DNA of 64,000 nucleotides, from contig NC_068996.1 in the NCBI RefSeq assembly GCF_001194135.2, positions 47,677,879-47,741,878 on the forward strand. The letters run 5' to 3'. Origin of the DNA: Octopus bimaculoides. Its lineage: Eukaryota. The notes beneath the pieces are model-generated. The model did not search any database, was not told the origin of the DNA, and saw only the letters and a list, made by a program, of their open reading frames with translations. A program made the translations under genes and the position numbers. This document shows, piece after piece, positions 49,691-63,956 of this stretch. Every line of letters starts with the position of its first letter. Position 1 is the stretch's first letter.

Positions 49691-49805
49691 GGTAATTCGA
49701 AAGCAAAATCTGGTGCTGAAATCCATCACCAGTTAATTTTGACCATGGAATTACAAAAGTTGACTGGTGATGGAATTGAACATGAGGTCTTGCCTTCGGA
49801 TTACC
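49691..49805. repeat. Imperfect 115-nt hairpin
   Basis: Outer ggtaattcgaaagcaa / ttgccttcggattacc and inner tccatcaccagttaattttg / caaaagttgactggtgatgga. Confidence 0.7.
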
Positions 49806-52204
49806 AACAATTCAATGCCAATCACAAAAGCATTTGCTACTTTGTCATTTTTGTAACAGTAGAGAGCTTAANNNNNNNNNNNNNNNNNNNNNNNNNNNNN
49901 NNNNNNNNNNNNNNNNNNNNNNNNNNNNNNNNNNNNNNNNNNNNNNNNNNNNNNNNNNNNNNNNNNNNNNNNNNNNNNNNNNNNNNNNNNNNNNNNNNNN
50001 NNNNNNNNNNNNNNNNNNNNNNNNNNNNNNNNNNNNNNNNNNNNNNNNNNNNNNNNNNNNNNNNNNNNNNNNNNNNNNNNNNNNNNNNNNNNNNNNNNNN
50101 NNNNNNNNNNNNNNNNNNNNNNNNNNNNNNNNNNNNNNNNNNNNNNNNNNNNNNNNNNNNNNNNNNNNNNNNNNNNNNNNNNNNNNNNNNNNNNNNNNNN
50201 NNNNNNNNNNNNNNNNNNNNNNNNNNNNNNNNNNNNNNNNNNNNNNNNNNNNNNNNNNNNNNNNNNNNNNNNNNNNNNNNNNNNNNNNNNNNNNNNNNNN
50301 NNNNNNNNNNNNNNNNNNNNNNNNNNNNNNNNNNNNNNNNNNNNNNNNNNNNNNNNNNNNNNNNNNNNNNNNNNNNNNNNNNNNNNNNNNNNNNNNNNNN
50401 NNNNNNNNNNNNNNNNNNNNNNNNNNNNNNNATATATGTACCTAGAACTAATTACTAGCCTGCTAGCCTTGGCTATGTCAAGATGGATTTTTATGTATTC
50501 TTCTTCCCACTTGGATTTTAAATGTTGCCACAATTACAATATGTCTATTCTACTGTAATTTTCTACATTTTTGTGCAGCTGAAGATTGCTCTACATATTG
50601 CATTTAATGTAATGCTCGCATTACTTAAATAAATGGAGTAGCATGAAACGTGCGTACTGCAGTCATTTTAAAATCTGTGTTGCTTATTTAGATTTATATA
50701 TATATATATACACACAAGAAATGAGGTGAGAGAGTTGGTGTTTATTCCATTAGTTGACAGTTGTTTTGTGATCTAAATAAGTTACAAACTGACACTACAT
50801 CATATGTCACACATATATAAACGAATATATATATAAATGTATAAATATTTACCCATAAATATAACTGTGCTGTAACATAATGAGCAAACTACACTTCAGA
50901 ATATTTCATGGCAGGTTAAAACACCTGACTCTTCATATATATATACACGAAGAGTGTTTCTTACTATTAATTTGGACAGAACCGATAGAATTCTAATATT
51001 GCTTAGAAAATTCTTTGTTCATTTAATGTAAAAATAATTAGAGCAATATTAAGCCCTAAAGTTGATATGCAATGCATTCTCATAAAAAATTTCAACAGCA
51101 AAGAAAAGGAAAACAAAAAAAAACAAAGAAATCATATGGGTAAGAATATTTTCAAATAGACACAGATCTCTTACCATCATCCATAATTGCTGTTGTTATG
51201 TTTTTTCCAGTAAAACCTTTTGACCAAGCCATATTCACATTCAAATCAAGTCCTTCAATACCACCAGATTGACCATTATTTTTCTGAAAAGACAAAGAAA
51301 AAAAAAGAAATTATACTTATAATTTGGATGTTGCACCCCGAGACCATGCATATCATCCACCTCCTCCTCCTCCTCCTCATCATCATCATCATCACCATCA
51401 TCACCATCACTATCACCATCACCCCTCCTCCACCTCCTCATCATGGGTTGGATGTTTTGACAAAGATCCAATGGATCCAAGAATTGAATTGTGTTCCTGT
51501 GTCTGCTTTGACAGGGTCTCTACAGCTGGATGCCCTTCCTAAGAGCAACCACTTTACAATGCGTACAAGCTGCTTTTTTAGGGTGGGGTGGGGGCCCTCC
51601 ACAGCTAGTGATGTGCATGTGTGTGTGTGTGTGTGTGTGCATGCTTGCATGTGAGTGATTGTGCATGTATGTGTGAATTCTGGATTGTTAAATTCAAAAT
51701 AAACATTGTTCTTAAGTGTAGGGACTTAAAGATGATTGTATTGTAAGGTTTATAGACGTTACAATTCTTAATCAGGGGCAGACAATCTAAACTAGCTTTG
51801 AAGTCAAACAAAGCTCTAGACTCTCAGCAGGATGTCATACCCATACAGTAAAACAAATAAAATACTGTATTTATTCACGTATAAGTAGTAGTGTCTTATA
51901 CTTGATTTTTAACTGGAAAAAGCTGAGTGTGACTTACACAAGGAGCAAAGCTGATATCAAGTTTGAATATGAGGGGGAAAGAATTATGAACCAAGATTTA
52001 ATACTAAATAAAGCAAGGCAACTTAGACGTGAATGAAACTTATATATGGCATGGTTGTGTGGTAAGAAGCTTCCTACCCAACCACATTGTTCTGGGTTCA
52101 GTCCCACTGCATGATTCCTTGGGTAAGTGTCTTCTACTATAGCTTCAGACTGACCAAAGCCTTGTGAGTGGATTTGGTAGACGGATACGGAAAGATACCC
52201 ATAG

Positions 52205-52250
<46 letters not shown>

Positions 52251-52754
52251 TATATATGTATGTATGTATGTATGTATATATAAGCACCCACTACACTCTT
52301 GGAGTGGTTGGCATTAGGAAGGGCATCCAGCTGAAGAAACTCTGCCAGTCAAATAGTCCAACCCATGCTAGCATGGAAAGCGGATGTTAAATGACGATGA
52401 TGATGTATATATGTATATATTTACGTGCATGCCTTTGTGTTTGTCCCCCCACCATCACTTGACAACTGACGTTTGTGTATTTACATCCCCATAACTTAGT
52501 GGTTTGGCAAAAGAGACTGATAGGCTTACAAAGAATAAGTCTTGGGGTCAATTTCTTTAACTAAAAGGCAGTGCTCCAGCATTCAAACACATTCAAACAA
52601 ATGAAACAACTAAAAGAATGAAAGAATGAGTAAATATGGTAATTACATTTACAAACACAAAACAAGAGAGAAATTTGACAGAAAATTAATGGAAGTCGAA
52701 CTTGTTAGTTCCAATCGCGGAATAATGGATTTAACACTATGAAAGTTATGATAA

Positions 52755-53115
52755 TCTTTTCTACTCTAAGCACAAGGCCCAAAATTTTTGAGGAGGGGGC
52801 CAGTCGATTAGATCAACCCCACTACACAACTGGTGCTTAATTTATTGACTCCGAAAGGATGAAAGGCAAAGTCGACCTCGGCAGAATTTGAACTCAGAAC
52901 ATAAAGACAGACGAAATACTGCTAAGCATTTTACCCGGTTTGCTAACGATTCTGCCAGCTCGCCGCCGTTATCTACAAATATTCTTTTCTACTCTAGGCA
53001 CCAAAGTCCGAAATTTTTGGGGAGGGGCTAGTCGATTAGATCAACCCCAGTACGCAACTGGTACTTAATTTATCTATCCTGAAAGAATGAAAGCAGTCAA
53101 CCTCGGCAGAATTTG
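52755..53115 (-). mobile_element. Two tandem family 2 SINE copies
   Basis: cttttctactcta.gcac..aggcc..aaattttt..ggagggg..agtcgattagatc.acccc occurs twice, each followed by the reverse complement of the family 2 body. Confidence 0.8.
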
Positions 53116-54136
53116 AACTGAGAATATAAATCTGCCTTCAACTCAGTCACGTACCTGTATTTCGCTTATTTTTTGGGTGTCTTACTGCAATAAGGTTGCC
53201 TGTTGCCTATTCTTAGTAAATACTGATGGCATGCACCTGATACATGTACACACATTATGAAGCTTTTTCAGTTTCTGTCCACTAAATCAACTCACAAGTC
53301 TTTGATCATCTCAGGGCTATAGTGGAAGACACTTGCTCAAGGTACCATGCAATGGGACAAAACCCAGAACTATGGCAGCTGGGAAGCAAACTTTTTACCC
53401 CACTTCCACACATACCGAAAAATTACTGGAAAAGGTAAATTTACCTTGACATTTATTTTTCTTTCTCTGATTTATTGTTTACATTTAAGATCAATAACAT
53501 TTTTAATAAATTAGAACACATATTTTTGTTCAAATATCTCATGTAATTTAACAAATGAAAAATTATCAGCAAATACCAATTCCCCTGCCATCACCACCAT
53601 CTCTACCAGTTTGAATATTTTCAATATTTTTCTAAGAAGATTTATTAAAAGTTCCATGGAGACTCAGAAAAATAATTAATATTGGAAAAGAGAAAATGTT
53701 TTTTTTCTACTTTTACAATTATCATTTTGTTATTATGGAAAAAAGATACTGAAGAAATACAATGAAATGTTTTAAAGAACGGCATCTTAATCATGAGTTC
53801 AAACCCAATGCACATATATGCATACATAGATACTTTGCTGCACAGATGCTCAAATGTTTGTGCTGCACATTTGCTCACTTCATACATCAAATCAACATTA
53901 ACCAGACAGATGCACAAGTGTGCAACACATCAGCTGTCAAAATGGTCACAGAGCAACAGGAAATGAAGTGTTTTGCTTAAGAACACAATGCACCACCCAG
54001 TCTGGGAATTGAAACCATTATCTCATCATTGTAAGTGCAACATCCTAACCACTAGGCTATGAATCTGCATATGTGATGCATGTGTGCATGTGTTTGTATA
54101 TGTATATCCATAAATATATATGTGTGTGTGTATATG

Positions 54137-54204
<68 letters not shown>

Positions 54205-54287
54205 TTATAACAAAACAAAAGATAAAGACAGGTGTATGAACTACAAGCAAGTGTACTAGTTTGATGCTTGGGAAAAAATGTAAAACT

Positions 54288-54323
54288 CTATTACATTTCG
54301 AGCCTATGCTCTTCAACAGAAAG
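54288..54323 (-). ncRNA. Minimal hammerhead-like motif, family B, second copy
   Basis: CUUU-CUGUUGA-A-GAGC-auag-GCUC-GAAA-UG-UA-AUAG. The upstream flank (TA)n...gacaggtg is homologous to 36850-36960. Confidence 0.45.
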
Positions 54324-54884
54324 TAATGAGGAAATAATCAGAGAGAGAATGAAAAAAATGTGTAGAGTTCACGGTCCTTGCAAGGACTTGGAGACGTTGT
54401 CAGTGCAGGTGCCACTTAAAAGCATCCAGTCCACACTGTAAAGTGGTTGGTATTCAGTGGGGCAACCAGCTGTAAAAACCTTGCCAAAACTGACTCTTTC
54501 CTGTGCTTGTGTCACGTATAAGACACTAAGTCCACTCTGCTGAGTGGTTGGTGTTAGGAAGGGCATTCAGCTGTAAAAATCCTGCCAAAAGAGTCACAGA
54601 AGTCTGGTGCAGGCTTCTGTCTGGCCAGCTCTTGTCAAACCATTCCACCCAAGCCAGCATTGAAGGCAGATGTTAAGCAATGGTGATGAGATGATGATGT
54701 CACACAAGCACGATTTGAGATTATTTTAATCTATGATTTTGGCAAATTTTTCAATCTGATATATATTTTAGTAGATAAATATAAAAATATCCAGGCAGAG
54801 TAATCTTAGTTTATCTAAGCAGTACACTTAATCACTGATCACTGATCTTGGTTTATCTAAGCAGAACATTTAATCACTTGTAGC

Positions 54885-55160
54885 AAGACAGGAAAGATCT
54901 ATTTTGACAAGCCTGTTACTATAGACTTCAATGGTTCCAGAGATACACTCTTTGTGGATAGAATCAAAAGGACCTACACAGATGTTAATACCCTGGAGCC
55001 ACATACCCGTCACATACACACTGCTCCACACACATATACACCCCCTACACACACTGCCTCACAAACATTTCCTCTACCTTCACCAGGACACATTTTGACA
55101 ACTTGTAGTGGTCGTCATGTTCATTGGCCTGAGAGGCTTTGTAAAACTATTTGTATATGA
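54885..55160 (+). pseudogene. Ty3/Gypsy pol (integrase C-terminal tail) remnant
   Basis: Translation ...KPVTIDFNGSRDTLFVDRIKRTY...PPT...TTCSGRHVHWPERL. It matches the recalled Gypsy tail motifs (T/I)IDxNG..DTVSIDRLKPA and TRSGRxVxWPxR. Confidence 0.65.
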
Positions 55161-57020
55161 ACTGACCCTTAGTGTCTGTTATTGTCTTATATTTTCTTTT
55201 TTACAGGCTTGTTTTCTTCTTAATGTAGTCATGCTGTTTTCTTTTTCCAGTGTTTGAACATCTGTTGACTTCTCATGTATGCAATGTATTTTTATTTTGC
55301 CATTATTTGGAATATTCTATTTTGTATATTTTCTTCCTTTGCTTTACATTTTTTTCTCCTTCCTCTTTTTTGCTTATATCAACTTCCAGTCTGCAGTGGG
55401 GTAGTGTAGTAAGACCAGAAAGATCTATTTTGTTTCTGTGGCATAGTTCAGTTGTGCTCTGGAAGATTCCATCCAATCAGAGCTGGAAGCATATGAATTA
55501 AATTGCAGTGATCTGCCTTAGCTGGGGGAATTCACTGCAGCACTGATGTTTGACAAGTCACATTTTCTGTGTCCACCACCAACTATACACAACTCATTTG
55601 ATTAATATCAGCTTCCACTTTGCTTCATATAAACCTCAGTGTATATAGTCATACGATTTTTCCTGTCTCGCATACACATATACTTGGTTCCCATTCCTAT
55701 GTAAGATTTATCCTTGTTACCACTTGCTAGCACTCATTACACTACTGAATAAATTTCAATGCTTTTGCTTTATAAACTTGCCTTCTGAAAATTCTTTATT
55801 CACACCTCTTTAAGGAATCACTGGAAATGGATTCTTTCTATGAACTGTCTTTAAAAAAATGCACACAGTGGGACTGAACCCGGAACCATGTGGTTGGTAA
55901 GCAAGCTTCTTACCAGACAGCTACGCCTGCACCTGTATGTGTGTGTGTGTGTGTGTGTACATATTCTTTTATTTCTTTACTTGTTTTAGTCATTTGACTG
56001 TAGCCATGCTGGAGCACCACTTTAAAAGGTTCTTGTCAGAGAAATCGACCTCAGGACTTATTCTTTGTAAGCCTGGTACTTATTCTATCAGTCTTTTTTT
56101 GTTGAACTGCTAAGTTTCAGGGGCAAACACACCGCCTTCAGTTGTCAAGCAGTGTTGAGAGAACAAACACACATAAATACATACATATATATATATGTGT
56201 ATGTATGTATACACGCATATATATACAATGGGGTTCTTTGAGTTTCTGTCAATCAAATCCACTCACAAGGCTTTGGTCAGCCTAAAGCTATAGTAGAAGG
56301 CATTTGCCCAAGATGCCACACAGCGAGACTGAACCTGAAACCATGAAGTTGGGAAGCAAACTTCTTACCAGACAGCTATGCCTATATATGTAAATGCATA
56401 CACACACACACGCACACCCACTGAAATTTCAGTCTTGTATGATTGTTATGAAATTCATTGAACATTTGAACTTTTATTATTGTCCATTTCTGTTAAATGA
56501 ATTAAATATTGGAATTTGCATAAACAATTATTTTTTTTAAAGCAAGTTTTTCTGAATTTTCTCTTGTACTTTAAATCTCTCCTAAACTTTTTCGCTTATT
56601 TCCCACTGAAAAACAAATATAATTGTTGAAACCGGTATTGTATTTTGATAAGAAATTCTTCAAAAAAAATTCAAAACTATCATTTCTTTTAAAACTCTGG
56701 TACATTTTCATCCGCCAAGAGGAAGTCTCCTATATTCTTTCCTGCATCTGAATAATCCTCTTTCCTTTCTCTTTCTCGATGCACACACACAGACACATAC
56801 ACACACACACACACACATATATGTATATATATATAAGATACATAAACACATGCACAATGGGCTTCTTTTAGTGTCCATCTACCAAAACTCATTACTCACA
56901 AGGCTTTGGTTAACCCAGAGCTATTGTAGAAGATACTTTCCCAAAATGCCATACAGTGAGACTGAACCCATATCTATATGCCTGGTAACTGAAGCTCTTA
57001 ACCAGAGACATATCTGTCTA

Positions 57021-57079
<59 letters not shown>

Positions 57080-57974
57080 GCCTCGGGAGAGTCATTTTCT
57101 TTTAGTGCATTATTATTTAANNNNNNNNNNNNNNNNNNNNNNNNNNNNNNNNNNNNNNNNNNNNNNNNNNNNNNNNNNNNNNNNNNNNNNNNNNNNNNNN
57201 NNNNNNNNNNNNNNNNNNNNNNNNNNNNNNNNNNNNNNNNNNNNNNNNNNNNNNNNNNNNNNNNNNNNNNNNNNNNNNNNNNNNNNNNNNNNNNNNNNNN
57301 NNNNNNNNNNNNNNNNNNNNNNNNNNNNNNNNNNNNNNNNNNNNNNNNNNNNNNNNNNNNNNNNNNNNNNNNNNNNNNNNNNNNNNNNNNNNNNNNNNNN
57401 NNNNNNNNNNNNNNNNNNNNNNNNNNNNNNNNNNNNNNNNNNNNNNNNNNNNNNNNNNNNNNNNNNNNNNNNNNNNNNNNNNNNNNNNNNNNNNNNNNNN
57501 NNNNNNNNNNNNNNNNNNNNNNNNATATATATATATACATACATACACCAATAGAGAACTCTTTCAGTAAATCTACCAGTGATTCCTGACCATTGTGAAA
57601 GTCATGTCACTAGAGGATAAATTTTCTATTATAGATAAAGAACCACAAAGAAAACCTATGGAATATAAAAGAGAAAATAACAAATAGTGCTAACCAAAAA
57701 TCCATGCAGCAAACTTAGCACTGAGTTCCAAGTATTATGACTATCATTACAGAAAATGACTGTCAATATCATTTGAATAAATTTATATTTTTGCTACATG
57801 TCTGTGACATTATGAATCAACACACAGTTTATTGTAGCATCAAGAACTGCTGTCATGTTGTATTTGCTAAGCGTTTGTAATAGATAAAGCACATTTTAAT
57901 GTGAATGAATTGGAGCATTGTGGAGAGAAGTGTCTTTCCCAAGCATGCAATTCACTGCTCAGCCTTGAAATTGA

Positions 57975-58355
57975 ACTCATCTAAACTGACTCTCTCCCTA
58001 ATTAGTTGGGCTATGACCCTCTCCGTGACCTTCATTACCTGATCTAAAAGCTTGATACCTCTGTAATTATTTGTATCTAAAGCGTCACCTTTACCTTTGT
58101 AGCAGTTGACTATGGTGCTGCTACACCAGTCATTGGGTATGACTCCTTTGTGTATCACCTGGTTCATAATACGGGTGACTAGGCTATAGCTGACACTGCC
58201 AGATATTTTGAGCATCTCTGCAGGGATTCCTGAAGGGCCAGGGGCTTTTTCTGTCTTCGTACTCTTAATTACTTTATCTACCATGGTACTATCAATTAGG
58301 ATAGCTGGTCCCTCTGTTGGATCGACATGCGACAGACTCTCTTCCTCCCATGGTT
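57975..58355 (-). pseudogene. RTE-clade LINE reverse transcriptase N-terminal fragment
   Basis: ORF 57952-58365 contains KAPGPSGIPAEMLK...IPNDWCSSTIVNCYKGKGDALDTNNYRGIKLLDQVMKVTERVI, the canonical non-LTR RT domains 0-1. Truncated on both sides. Confidence 0.92.
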
Positions 58356-60285
58356 TTGAGCTCAATAGCCTTTTTTCGTCATAGTCGTTGTCATAATTTA
58401 ATATCCATTTTCCATACTGATAATTTCATCAACAAGAAATTTTCCTTATTTTCTTTTCATAAATTTTATTTCTGACTAGTTAAAAAAAAATCAAAATCTT
58501 TTTTATTCTTTCATCTTTTACTTGTTTCAGTCACTGGACTGTGGCCAAGTTGGAACACTGGCTTGAAGGGGTTTCAGTCAAACAAATTGGTACAAATGCT
58601 CATTTTTTAAAACCTGGTACTTATTCTTACTATAACCAGCCATCTTTTTTTTTTATCTAATGTATACTTCATTTTTTAAAGTAGCAGTGTCTTATTTGAG
58701 GGAGATTTTCTTGCTAATTTTAGCATGTTGATTGACCCTAGAGGAACCTTTGTTGTGTTTAATATGTTGATATGTGTAAATAGGAAGATTTATGAATATA
58801 AGTAGGATAGTAACTTCATTTTTGTATCTGGTTTGTAAGATTCTTTATGTGAATTTGTGTGTTGAAACAAATTTTGTTGTGTCTAGGGAGAGTCATTACA
58901 CCAATATAATTAACACATGTACTAGTTCAATTCAACTCCTTTATTATTAGTCAATTGGTTAACCCTTTCATTAAACTATTTCTGTTGAGATGTTCCATGT
59001 TTCTTTCAATTAATTTTAAATATAACAAAGAATTTTGTAAAATAACTCAGTTATCATTAAGCTAGTTATTAGGAACATAAATTGTGACTAAGGTTTGGTG
59101 GAAGATTTTAATTTAAAACTTATGAAAACAGATAGACATATACATAGAGAAAGATAAATAGAGAGACAGATAGGTAGACAGACAGTCAGACAGATAGACA
59201 AACAGACAGATAGATAGATACATAGATAGATAGATAGACAGATAGAGAAACCAACAGACAGAAAGACCGATAGAGAGACAGACAGGTAGACAGACAAACA
59301 GACGGACGGAGAAATAGTAAGAGAAATAGAGAGAAAAAGAAGAGAACCAATCTTATACAGGACTGATAATTAATATATTGATCTGAAAAGGAGAAAAAAA
59401 TGTGAAATGTTGAAATCAGTAGATTTGAACTTGGAACAGAAACAATTAGAATAAATACTAGAAGGTCTTCTGTCTAATGACCTAATAATGATTCTACCGA
59501 AATGCTGCCTTTCTGAAAATAAACTAAACAGATATTGCAACAGATGTTGAAGTCTTCCCTTAGAATTTTTGTCTAAGATATTATTGATTTTATGAATGAA
59601 ACAGTTCTGAGAACAAAAATCATGATTGCACAGTTAAAGAAGCCTACAAATGGTGGTTATTATGGAAAAGGGGGTGAGTGGAGAAGAAAAAAATGGAACT
59701 CTTGCTTCAAGCGCTTTTGTCTGAAGTGCTGATTTGATTGACAGACTGAAGAGGAGTTCATGAAATCAATAACAGATTGTCATTTTATTGTTTTGTCTTC
59801 TTTTTCCTTTATTGTTCGAAAATAAGAAGTTGTTGGTTTAAGTATCTCTAAACTTAAGCGTCTGCATGCTGTTGCTCTCATTCTTTATATCAATCATAAC
59901 CATTCCCTCATTCTGTCTAACAAATTCTACCATTTTATAAGACAGTAGTATATGATATGAAGGTGTGTGGCTTAGTGGTTAGGGTATTCAGCTCATGATT
60001 GCAAGATCAAGAGTTCAATTCTCAGTAGTGAATTTTGAATGTATATTTATATTCACTTCTCACACTTCCTGATTATTATGGTTTATATACGTCTCATAAA
60101 ATGATTTCATCAATCCAATCTCCTGGATTTTAGCTGCATAGATCTCGGAATTACACATTTCTGTACTGGGTTATTATGTGGACTGGTAGCCGAGTCTGTT
60201 AGCGGAGCTTTCTCTAATAGCCACATAATTCTCAGAATCCATGTCTTATACTATTCATATATATGTATATATATGTGTGTGTATG

Positions 60286-60362
<77 letters not shown>

Positions 60363-60468
60363 GTATATATCTATGTATATATGTATAATGTACTCTTCCA
60401 TAATGGTAAGATCAACAAAAGAAGTACGCCATCTGGTGACATGTACATACACATATATACATACATAT

Positions 60469-60529
<61 letters not shown>

Positions 60530-60558
60530 CATACATATATATAAACACACACATACAC

Positions 60559-60597
<39 letters not shown>

Positions 60598-60679
60598 TAT
60601 AGACATATATGCATACTCATATGTACATATATATATATATACACATATATATAAACAGATATACATGCATACATGCACA

Positions 60680-60730
<51 letters not shown>

Positions 60731-61577
60731 CTACACACATATTTACATATAAATAATGTGTGTGTGTGTGTGAGAGAGAGAGTGAGATAGGAGGGAAAGA
60801 GAGAGAGAGAGAGTGTTGATACTTGTCACTGTTTGTGTAAAGCAATGCTGGTTTTGACAATCTTTACTGACATGATGACAAGTCGCTCTGTGCTTTTGAA
60901 GACATGTATAATATCAAAAAAAAAAATGCCTTATTAAAAAAAACTGGTAAGGTTTGGAAAATCTTACCATAAAATCAATTCTAGGCCAAGTCATCTCAAT
61001 GTGCAAAAAAACAGAAAGAAGAGTGAACATCAACATCATCACTATCATCATCATCACTATCATCATCATCAATATCATTTTAATGTCCACTTTTCTATGC
61101 TTGCATGGGTTGGAAGGTATTTGTTGAGGCAGATTTTCTACAGGTGGATGCCCTTCCTGTCACCAACCTCACATTTTTTCAAGCATAGTCATATTTCTCC
61201 TTAGCCAGACATGTTCTCATGTTCTCTCAGAATATTGGTAATAAATGGCATTGCTTCTATAATATTGGCATTCATTTACAACTATCACATAATATCTAGA
61301 CCATGTGACACAAAAACAAACACATACACATATACACATATATATACAAATGGCTTCTTTCAGTTTCCTCTCGGCCAAATCTACTCCCAAAGCTTCTCTT
61401 AACACAGGGCTCTGATAAAAGACACTTGCCCAAGGTGCTACACAGTGGAACTGAACCCCAAATCATGTATTTCAGAAACAAATTTCTTACCACATGATAT
61501 AAAACCACATTCACATATATCACTCTATGTGTGTAGTTAGTCTGATACACTGTATAACTAAATAGGTAAAAAGGTAA

Positions 61578-61910
61578 AGACCCCCTTTGGTCATGAACAA
61601 CCATGGGATTGCACCTAGAAAGTTACTCTCCAAGGCACAAGTCCTGACAAGGTTTTCCATGGAAGACCAGCAGTCGGTCATGCATACCAGCCTCCCCTCT
61701 CCTTGCCATTGATGTTATCCAAGGGAAAGACAAAGGGGCCGATACAGATTGGCCCTTGTGATGTCGCAATTCATTTCTACAGCTGAGTGAACTGGAGCAA
61801 TGTGAAATAAAGTGTCTTGCTCAAGAACACAACACACAGCCCAATCTGGAAACTGAACTCACTACCTCATGATTGTGAGCCTGATGCTCTAACCACTGAG
61901 CCATGCATCT
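61578..61910 (-). mobile_element. SINE family 4
   Basis: Nearly the same sequence as 62245-62575 and 7070-7400. Confidence 0.8.
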
Positions 61911-62244
61911 TCACATATTCATTTATTCTTTTACTTGTTTCAGTCATTTAACTGTAGCCATGCTGGAGCACCTCCTTTAGTGGAACAAATCAACCCCAGG
62001 GTATATTCTTTGTAAACCTAGTACTTATTCTATTGTTCCCTTTTGCCAGACTGCTATGTCAGTTGTCAAGCAATGGTGGAGGGACAAAGACAGACTCACA
62101 AATACATACATATATATATAGCCTGTCATATATGTATTCATACACGATGTGGTTGGGAAGCAAGCTTCTCACTTCACACCCACTCCTGCTACAATAGCAA
62201 TATATATCTAAATGTAATGGTAATGAGGAAGAGGAGGAGAAAAC

Positions 62245-62575
62245 CTTCTTCGGTCATGAATGATCGTGGGATTGCACCTAGAAAGTTCACCTCCAAGGCA
62301 CAAGATGGGCAAGGTTGTTTGTGGAAGACCAGCAGTCACCCATGCATACCAGCCTCCCCTCTCCACACCACCAGTGTTATCCAAGGGTAAGGCAAAGGCC
62401 AATACGGCTTGGCACATGTGACGTCGCAACTCATTTCTACAGCTGAGTGAACTGGAGCAACGTGAAATAAAGTGTCTTGCTCAAGAACACAACATGCAGC
62501 CCGGTCCAGAAATCAAGCTCACAACCTCATGATCATAAGCTCAATGCTCTAACCACTGAGCCATGTGCCTTCACA
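62245..62575 (-). mobile_element. SINE family 4
   Basis: Minus-strand head gtgaaggcacatggctcagtggttagagc, body through ...gcaatcccacgatcattcatgaccgaagaagg. A + strand fragment lies at about 63280-63475. Confidence 0.8.
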
Positions 62576-63096
62576 TAATACTAATATATATAATATATAT
62601 ATTTATATATATAATATATATATATAATATATATATAATTATAATAGTAATATATGTGTAACTATAATATACAAAGCTATATATAACTACAAATAGTTGA
62701 AATGTCTTCCACATAATTATATCTCCATCCTCCACATTTTTTTAGTCAAGAAGCATTTGTTAAAAAAAAAAAAAAATTAAACTCAGAATCACTTTGAATA
62801 TCATTTTAAACAGCGTATTAACAGGAAAATATCGACAGCAAATACCAAATCTCACAAATAAACAAGCAAATGCAAAAAAAAAACCCCCAAAAAAATCAAC
62901 TAAATGACAACAAAACTACATGCAAGAAAATCATTGTTGTCATGACAACACTAACAGTCGCATTACCCTTTATATCAGTTAATCAAGTAGAAGCAACATG
63001 CTTGCTAGGAATTGTGGGAAAAATGAAAACAGTCGGTAATTCCTGTGCTAAATAAAATTTGTTTCTGAATGAATAAACGGTGAGGATTTTTAATGC

Positions 63097-63137
<41 letters not shown>

Positions 63138-63557
63138 GAAGTAGTAGTAATGTTAGTATTATTACTATTATCATTATTAATATAATTAGTAGCAGTAGTA
63201 AAGGAAGCTAGATTAAACACTTTTACAATATTTAGCTCCATCGATATAGCTTCCACTCTTTTTTTTCTCATAGGACGTTACTCCAGTTCACTCAGCTATA
63301 GGGATGAGTTGTGGCGTCACTAGTGCCAAGCTGTATCAGCCTTTGCCTTTGCTTTAACATCAATAGCATGGTGAGGAGAGGGCTGGCATGCATGGGCGAC
63401 TGCTGGTCTTACATAAGCGACCTTGCCTGGACTTGTGCTTCAGAAGGAAACTTTCTAGGTTCAATCCCATGCTTTTACATACATCTATATATATATATGC
63501 ATGTCTGTGTGTGTGTATATACACGTGTACATATGCACATGTGTGTGTGTGTGTGTA

Positions 63558-63721
63558 TTCTTTTATTCGTTTCAGTCAGTTAACTGAAGCCATGCTGGAG
63601 CGCCACCTTTAGTCGGACAAATCGACCTAGTACTTATCCGATCAGTCTCTTTTGCCGAGCCGCAGAGTTATGGGGATGTGAACAAACCAACATAGGTTGG
63701 GGGACAAACACAGGCACACAA

Positions 63722-63772
<51 letters not shown>

Positions 63773-63956
63773 CACATATATATATATATACATATATGAC
63801 AGGCTTCTATGAGTTTCCGTCTACCAAATCCACTCACAAGGCTTTGGTCGGCCCAAGGCTATAGTAGAAGACACTTGCCCAAGGTGTCACACAGTGGGAT
63901 TGAACCTGGAACCATGTGGTTAGTAACCAAGCTACTTACCACACACCTACTCCTGT
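63558..63956 (-). mobile_element. SINE family 1, full length
   Basis: Reverse complement of head, (TA)(TG)n linker and tail. Confidence 0.85.

Noticed and set aside
55447-55521. Candidate terminal exon FSCALEDSIQSELEAYELNCSDLP*
   Set aside because: Only one acceptor and a short frame; opposite-strand frames are similarly open, so chance cannot be excluded.
59735-59785. CUGAAGA...GAAA spacing on the plus strand
   Set aside because: Stem II does not pair convincingly and no second copy is present in the window.
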